Assembly: GCF_014696345.1 (NCBI RefSeq)
Contig: NZ_JACJPY010000004.1
Coordinates: 87,517 to 111,516 of the forward strand
From: Pseudanabaena cinerea FACHB-1277
GTDB taxonomy: Bacteria; Cyanobacteriota; Cyanobacteriia; Pseudanabaenales; Pseudanabaenaceae
Direction: 5' to 3'
Length of the DNA: 24,000 bases
Below, one piece after another: positions 22,342-24,000 of the stretch; within the stretch, counting starts at the first letter, position 1, and each line of letters opens with the position of its first letter. Both the position numbers and the translations under genes were made by a program. A model generated the notes under the pieces. The model was not told the origin of the DNA and ran no database searches. It saw nothing but the letters and a program-made list of their open reading frames with translations.

Positions 22342-23916
22342 ATGTCAGTTGATATTTCCTTAGAAACCCTCTGGAACCAAGTCCTTGAGCTACTAGAAAG
22401 TCAGCTTAGCCGTCCAACCTACGAAGGTTGGATCAAGACGGTGGTGGCGGTCAATTTGACCGAAGATCGTTTGACGATCCGCACGCCTTCAGGTTTTGCC
22501 AAAAATTGGCTACATAAGTACTATTTCCAAAATATTACCGATGCTGTCACCGAAATCCTTGGCTATGCCGTAGAAATTCAGATTGAGGCAGCCGCCGCCC
22601 AAATTGAGCTAAATCTTGATTTTGATGGCGCTGTGGCTGCGGGCGATCGCCCATCGGCTAATCGCCTCAAAGAATCTAACGCGGAAATGTCTCCGAAAAC
22701 GCCCCTAACAATACCTCAGCATGGCGAAAGCGATCAAAAGAATGGCTCCCGTAATGGTGCGGGCATGGGTCAGGATGGGATGCTAGAAACAGCGATCGCT
22801 GCTGAAGCCGTGCAAGCAATGGTGGCGGCGATCCCCCAAAATGGTCAAGGCAATAGCACAGAGAGTCATAGCCATGCTCCCCGTACTAGCAACCTCAATC
22901 CCAAGTATAATTTCAACCGCTTTGTGGTTGGCTCCACCAATCGCATGGCGCACGCGGCCGCGTTGGCGGTGTCCGAAGCGCCTGGGCGTGAGTTTAATCC
23001 TTTGTTTTTGTGCGGTGGTGTTGGCTTAGGCAAAACGCATTTAATGCAGGCGATCGCCCATTATCGCCTAGAAATTGAACCCAAGGCGCGGATTGCCTAT
23101 GTATCAACAGAGCAGTTTACCAATGACCTGATCGCCGCCATTCGCAAGGATAGTATGCAGCGCTTTCGGGAGCAGTACCGCGAGATCGATATGCTCATTG
23201 TGGATGATATTCAGTTCATTGAGGGTAAGGAATATACCCAAGAGGAATTTTTCCATACTTTTAATACGCTCTATGAGGCGGGTAAACAAATCGTCTTGGC
23301 AAGCGATCGCCCCCCTGCCCAGATTCCTAGATTGCAGGAACGGCTATGTTCAAGGTTTTCGATGGGTTTGATCGCCGATATTCAAGTGCCAGACCTGGAA
23401 ACGCGCTTGGCGATTTTGCAAAAGAAAGCTGAATACGATCATCTCAAAATTCCTACCGATGTGCTGCATTACATCGCTGCTAGTTATACCTCTAATATCC
23501 GTGAGCTAGAGGGGGCATTGGTGCGAACTGTTGCCTATATCTCGATTTCGGGCTTGCCGATGACGGTGGAAAACGTTGCGCCCGTTCTTAACCCGCCAAA
23601 GGAGCCTGTAGAAGTTTCCGCCGAGATGGTTTTGCGAGTAGTTACAGAAGTTTTAAATATCGATCTAGCGGATCTATTGGGCAATTCACGGCGGCGGGAA
23701 ATTAGCCAAGCTCGCCAATATGTGATGTACCTCATGCGTCAGCATACGAATTTGAGTCTGCCCAAAATTGGCGAAGCCGTAGGCGGTAAGGATCACACCA
23801 CCGTCATGTATAGCTGCGAAAAGGTGGCACAGTTGCAGTCCACCGATGGCGACATTGCTCAATTATTAAGGCAACTCAGCGATCGCATTTATCTAGTTGC
23901 CCAAACCAAAACTTAG
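22342..23916 (+). CDS. dnaA: chromosomal replication initiator protein DnaA
   Basis: 524-aa ORF with AAA+ Walker [11 protein letters not shown], Walker B LIVDDIQF and domain [17 protein letters not shown]. Domain II is a long low-complexity linker (aa ~85-185). Confidence 0.95.
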   Translation: MSVDISLETLWNQVLELLESQLSRPTYEGWIKTVVAVNLTEDRLTIRTPSGFAKNWLHKYYFQNITDAVTEILGYAVEIQIEAAAAQIELNLDFDGAVAAGDRPSANRLKESNAEMSPKTPLTIPQHGESDQKNGSRNGAGMGQDGMLETAIAAEAVQAMVAAIPQNGQGNSTESHSHAPRTSNLNPKYNFNRFVVGSTNRMAHAAALAVSEAPGREFNPLFLCGGVGLGKTHLMQAIAHYRLEIEPKARIAYVSTEQFTNDLIAAIRKDSMQRFREQYREIDMLIVDDIQFIEGKEYTQEEFFHTFNTLYEAGKQIVLASDRPPAQIPRLQERLCSRFSMGLIADIQVPDLETRLAILQKKAEYDHLKIPTDVLHYIAASYTSNIRELEGALVRTVAYISISGLPMTVENVAPVLNPPKEPVEVSAEMVLRVVTEVLNIDLADLLGNSRRREISQARQYVMYLMRQHTNLSLPKIGEAVGGKDHTTVMYSCEKVAQLQSTDGDIAQLLRQLSDRIYLVAQTKT

Positions 23917-23921
23917 CGTAT

Positions 23922-23968
23922 AAACCAAAAAGGCGGCGCGAAGCACCGCCTTTTTGGTTTGGTGTTTT
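23922..23968 (+). terminator. rho-independent terminator of dnaA
   Basis: A 15-bp perfect stem AAACCAAAAAGGCGG / CCGCCTTTTTGGTTT with a 9-nt loop is followed by GGTGTTTT. It begins 6 nt after the stop codon. Confidence 0.8.
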
Positions 23969-24000
23969 AACAAGACTGTCAACACTATAATAAAACTCAA

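Noticed and set aside
22841-23735. ORFs 22841-23029(+), 23104-23289(-) and 23535-23735(-), inside dnaA.
   Set aside because: These are alternative-frame or antisense ORFs within dnaA.
1-24000. Search for tRNA, rRNA, tmRNA or riboswitch-like sequences.
   Set aside because: No T-arm (GGTTCGAATCC-like) or other recognisable RNA gene signature was seen by eye. Absence cannot be guaranteed without tRNAscan or Infernal.

Overview
This is a cyanobacterial chromosomal segment. The HIP1 octamer GCGATCGC occurs about once per 0.5 kb in the core genes. Housekeeping genes sit at both ends. On the left are typA/bipA, a tandem-ComFB protein, a small membrane protein, pgl and asnS. On the right are a class-I aminotransferase, a HIBADH-family dehydrogenase, pdxA and dnaA. 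Between asnS and the aminotransferase (about 6381-18747) lies a roughly 12.4 kb accessory island with these contents. (1) A frameshifted, 3'-truncated integron-integrase remnant. (2) A 699-aa protein that fuses a Schlafen/AlbA_2-like N-terminus to an NB-ARC-type STAND NTPase; this is a candidate NLR/Avs-like defence gene. (3) A REP-associated tyrosine transposase (RAYT), plus nine copies of a composite 80-95 bp double-hairpin REP/REPIN-like element that alternate with small two-gene modules. Those modules are BrnT/BrnA, RelE/ParE-like, DUF4160/DUF2442, DUF2283 pair, VapBC, and two small-protein + retropepsin-like pairs. The layout looks like an integron cassette array. (4) A very AT-rich, HIP1-free three-gene operon encoding two 4-Cys secreted proteins and a DUF697-like membrane protein of unknown function. 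Several other small repeat families are present, including a MITE-like element with a nested insertion and a second REP-like family. No rRNA, tRNA or CRISPR array was recognised. All family assignments come from motifs read by eye in the supplied translations, and none has been checked against a database.
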